Below are positions 62,211-64,000 of a stretch of DNA of 64,000 nucleotides, piece after piece. The notes below the pieces were generated by a model. It made no database searches. It saw only the letters and a program-made list of their open reading frames with translations, and was not told the origin of the DNA. Every line of letters starts with the position of its first letter. The stretch's first letter is position 1. The translations under genes and the position numbers were made by a program. The stretch is taken from the IMG/VR virus record IMGVR_UViG_3300046787_000286, positions 1 through 64,000 of that record; one strand, given 5' to 3'.

Positions 62211-62325
62211 TCTGTAAACAACTGCACACTTACAGGACTCGAACCTGACGACCAGGGCAATAGCCCTAGCTATGAATCCAACCATATCAGCGTGGCCTAC
62301 GCCTTTATGTGCATGTGTTTAAAGA
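62211..62325 (-). ncRNA. 115-nt tRNA-like small RNA without CCA
   Basis: Ends pair (TCTTTAAACA..TGCACA / TGTGCA..TGTTTACAGA); internal hairpins GCGT/ACGC and CTAGGGC/GCCCTGG; T arm CAGG-TTCGAGT-CCTG; has its own promoter. Confidence 0.55.
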
Positions 62326-62347
62326 CTTTGTTACTGTCTAAGTATCT

Positions 62348-62376
62348 ATTATAGCAAATTACGATATACTTGTCAA
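62348..62376 (-). promoter_or_regulatory. Consensus sigma70 promoter TTGACA-17-TATAAT
   Basis: Perfect consensus with TGC extension; drives the 115-nt element. Confidence 0.88.
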
Positions 62377-62406
62377 CTACTTTTTTGCATTTTGGGTAAA
62401 GTGTTA

Positions 62407-62414
62407 TATAAATA
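62407..62414 (+). promoter_or_regulatory. T4-type late promoter TATAAATA
   Basis: Exact T4 late consensus, 7 nt before ATG 62422. Confidence 0.7.
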
Positions 62415-62421
62415 TTCCACT

Positions 62422-63600
62422 ATGAATAAATCTAAAACTTTTTGTATAGCCACTCATGTTTGTATGGCAGTACAAAACGAAGTTGACTACTGTTGTTGCA
62501 ACGCCAACAAAGAAAGTTGGAAAACAAATGACCACCAAGTCATGCGTGTAAACGAACACTCTCCCAAACAAGCCTGGAACAGCTATTCTCGTAAAATAAT
62601 AAGAGAAGTATTAGATAATGGGCAACAACATCATTCGTGCCAGAAGTGTTGGGACATTGAGGCTGCTGGTAGCATAAGTCAACGTATGACATTGAATAAT
62701 ATGTTTGTTGATGTTGAGTTACTCAACGACCAACCGCAGATTATAATTATAAAACCCGGAAATACTTGTAATTTTGCATGCCGAATGTGCAATCCTGAAA
62801 CTAGCTCAAGCTGGTATTCGGATGCATACAAATTAGAAAAATCTACTTTGCCCTTTTCCGAATACACTCGTAAGTTTGAAACTATACGAAACAGTTTTAA
62901 CCGTGATAATGAAAATTTTTGGAATACCTTCAAACAGTGGTTGCCAACTATAAAGTACATTGACATTTACGGCGGAGAACCATTCTTAGCTCCTGCATTG
63001 TTTGATCTACTAGAGCACGGAGTTAACATAGGTGCTGCAAAAGAAGTTTCTTTGCAACTGCATACAAATGCATCAATCATGAATCAACATTATCTTGATA
63101 TTTTAAGTCAGTACAAAAAAGTTACCTGTAAAGTAAGTATTGATTCAAGTGATCCGAAGAAAAACGATTACATACGGCATCAAGGAAACTTTGATAAAAC
63201 AATAGCTAATGCAAAATTATTCAAAACATTTTTTGATCAACATAAAAATTTAAATTTTGGAGTAACATACACACTTACGCCGTTGAATGTGTTCCATGTG
63301 GATCAAGATAAAGAACTTATTAGCGAACTATTAGAATTACCTAAAATAGATGTAAACATAGTAACTACACCAGAATACGACATACGTCACTTACCGATTC
63401 CAGTTAAGGACTTTCTAATTAATAATATTAACGATAGCTCGGTGAACAATTTTCTAAAACAAACTATACCAGGTTGCGACATTGAGTGGCCAAAATTCTG
63501 TAAAGTAACTGATGAGTTAGATGCCATACGCAACCAAAGTTTTGCCGAAACATTCCCCGAATGGTGGGAAATGCTCAAACCATACTGGGTGTCTCAATGA
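62422..63600 (+). CDS. Radical SAM protein 8 (same family as the island paralogues)
   Basis: CNFACRMC, 'YGGEP', FCIATH..YCCC and CQKCW; start ATG 62422. Confidence 0.9.
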   Translation: MNKSKTFCIATHVCMAVQNEVDYCCCNANKESWKTNDHQVMRVNEHSPKQAWNSYSRKIIREVLDNGQQHHSCQKCWDIEAAGSISQRMTLNNMFVDVELLNDQPQIIIIKPGNTCNFACRMCNPETSSSWYSDAYKLEKSTLPFSEYTRKFETIRNSFNRDNENFWNTFKQWLPTIKYIDIYGGEPFLAPALFDLLEHGVNIGAAKEVSLQLHTNASIMNQHYLDILSQYKKVTCKVSIDSSDPKKNDYIRHQGNFDKTIANAKLFKTFFDQHKNLNFGVTYTLTPLNVFHVDQDKELISELLELPKIDVNIVTTPEYDIRHLPIPVKDFLINNINDSSVNNFLKQTIPGCDIEWPKFCKVTDELDAIRNQSFAETFPEWWEMLKPYWVSQ

Positions 63601-64000
63601 AACTATTACTAGGACTTAGGGGCACAGCAGAATGTAATGATGTTTGTGTTGAGGTTTTTGTAAATCAAAAATTAATTGCTCAACGCACATCTCAACTTGA
63701 CGAATTTATAACCGAACTAGTATTGCCAGAAAACCCTGCTGCTCATGTGGTAGAGATCTGCATATCTGGGAAAACAGAAAAACATACAGAAGTCGATGCA
63801 CAGGGCAACATTGTATCTGATGTAGCATTTATAATAGAAACGCTACAAATCGAAGACATAGACATGAAGCCAGTGTTCTGCCAAGGCAGACAGTGCTACT
63901 ATCACTCATCGAACATTCCCAATGGGCCAATAATTCAAGATGAGTTATACGATTATATAGGGTTTAACGGAAAAGTTCAACTCGAATTCTTTACACCTAT
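63597..64000 (+). CDS. Hypothetical protein, 3'-partial (missed by ORF track)
   Basis: ATGA overlap; open to the window end (MKLLLGLRGTAECNDVCVEVFVNQ...GFNGKVQLEFFTP). Confidence 0.7.
   Translation, partial: MKLLLGLRGTAECNDVCVEVFVNQKLIAQRTSQLDEFITELVLPENPAAHVVEICISGKTEKHTEVDAQGNIVSDVAFIIETLQIEDIDMKPVFCQGRQCYYHSSNIPNGPIIQDELYDYIGFNGKVQLEFFTP

Noticed and set aside
1-64000. Alternative genetic code (stop-codon reassignment), common in some jumbo phages
   Set aside because: Genes are full-length under code 11, TAA, TGA and TAG all terminate genes at coupled junctions, and no suppressor tRNA is seen.

Overview
The window comes from a large, jumbo-type tailed phage genome in standard genetic code; a myovirus-like, probably freshwater phage is inferred from gene content. 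(1) 1-18.7 kb (+): virion structure genes, namely the end of a baseplate wedge gene, a 4775-aa baseplate/tail protein with split FG-GAP blades and CBM5/12-like modules, a tail fibre with a C-terminal autocleaving chaperone and a second fibre-like protein. (2) 18.7-41 kb: a ~22-kb glycan/modification island with seven radical-SAM paralogues, seven glycosyltransferase-like genes, a carbamoyltransferase, a DegT aminotransferase and an NDP-sugar epimerase. (3) 41-59 kb (-): thyA, many small early genes behind consensus sigma70 promoters, an SPFH protein, a MoxR ATPase and vWA-metallopeptidase flanking a tandem array of tiny paralogues, a TctC-like binding protein plus PP-loop enzyme behind a structured leader, and ahpC-ahpD. 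(4) 59-62.4 kb (-): an RNA-rich island with six tRNAs (two atypical), a truncated GGQ release factor, an RNAP omega homologue, a ~900-nt GOLLD-like RNA carrying an embedded tRNA-Asn, and several unexplained structured RNAs. (5) An eighth radical-SAM gene and a partial ORF (+). All calls come from motif recognition by eye; no database searches or folding programs were run.
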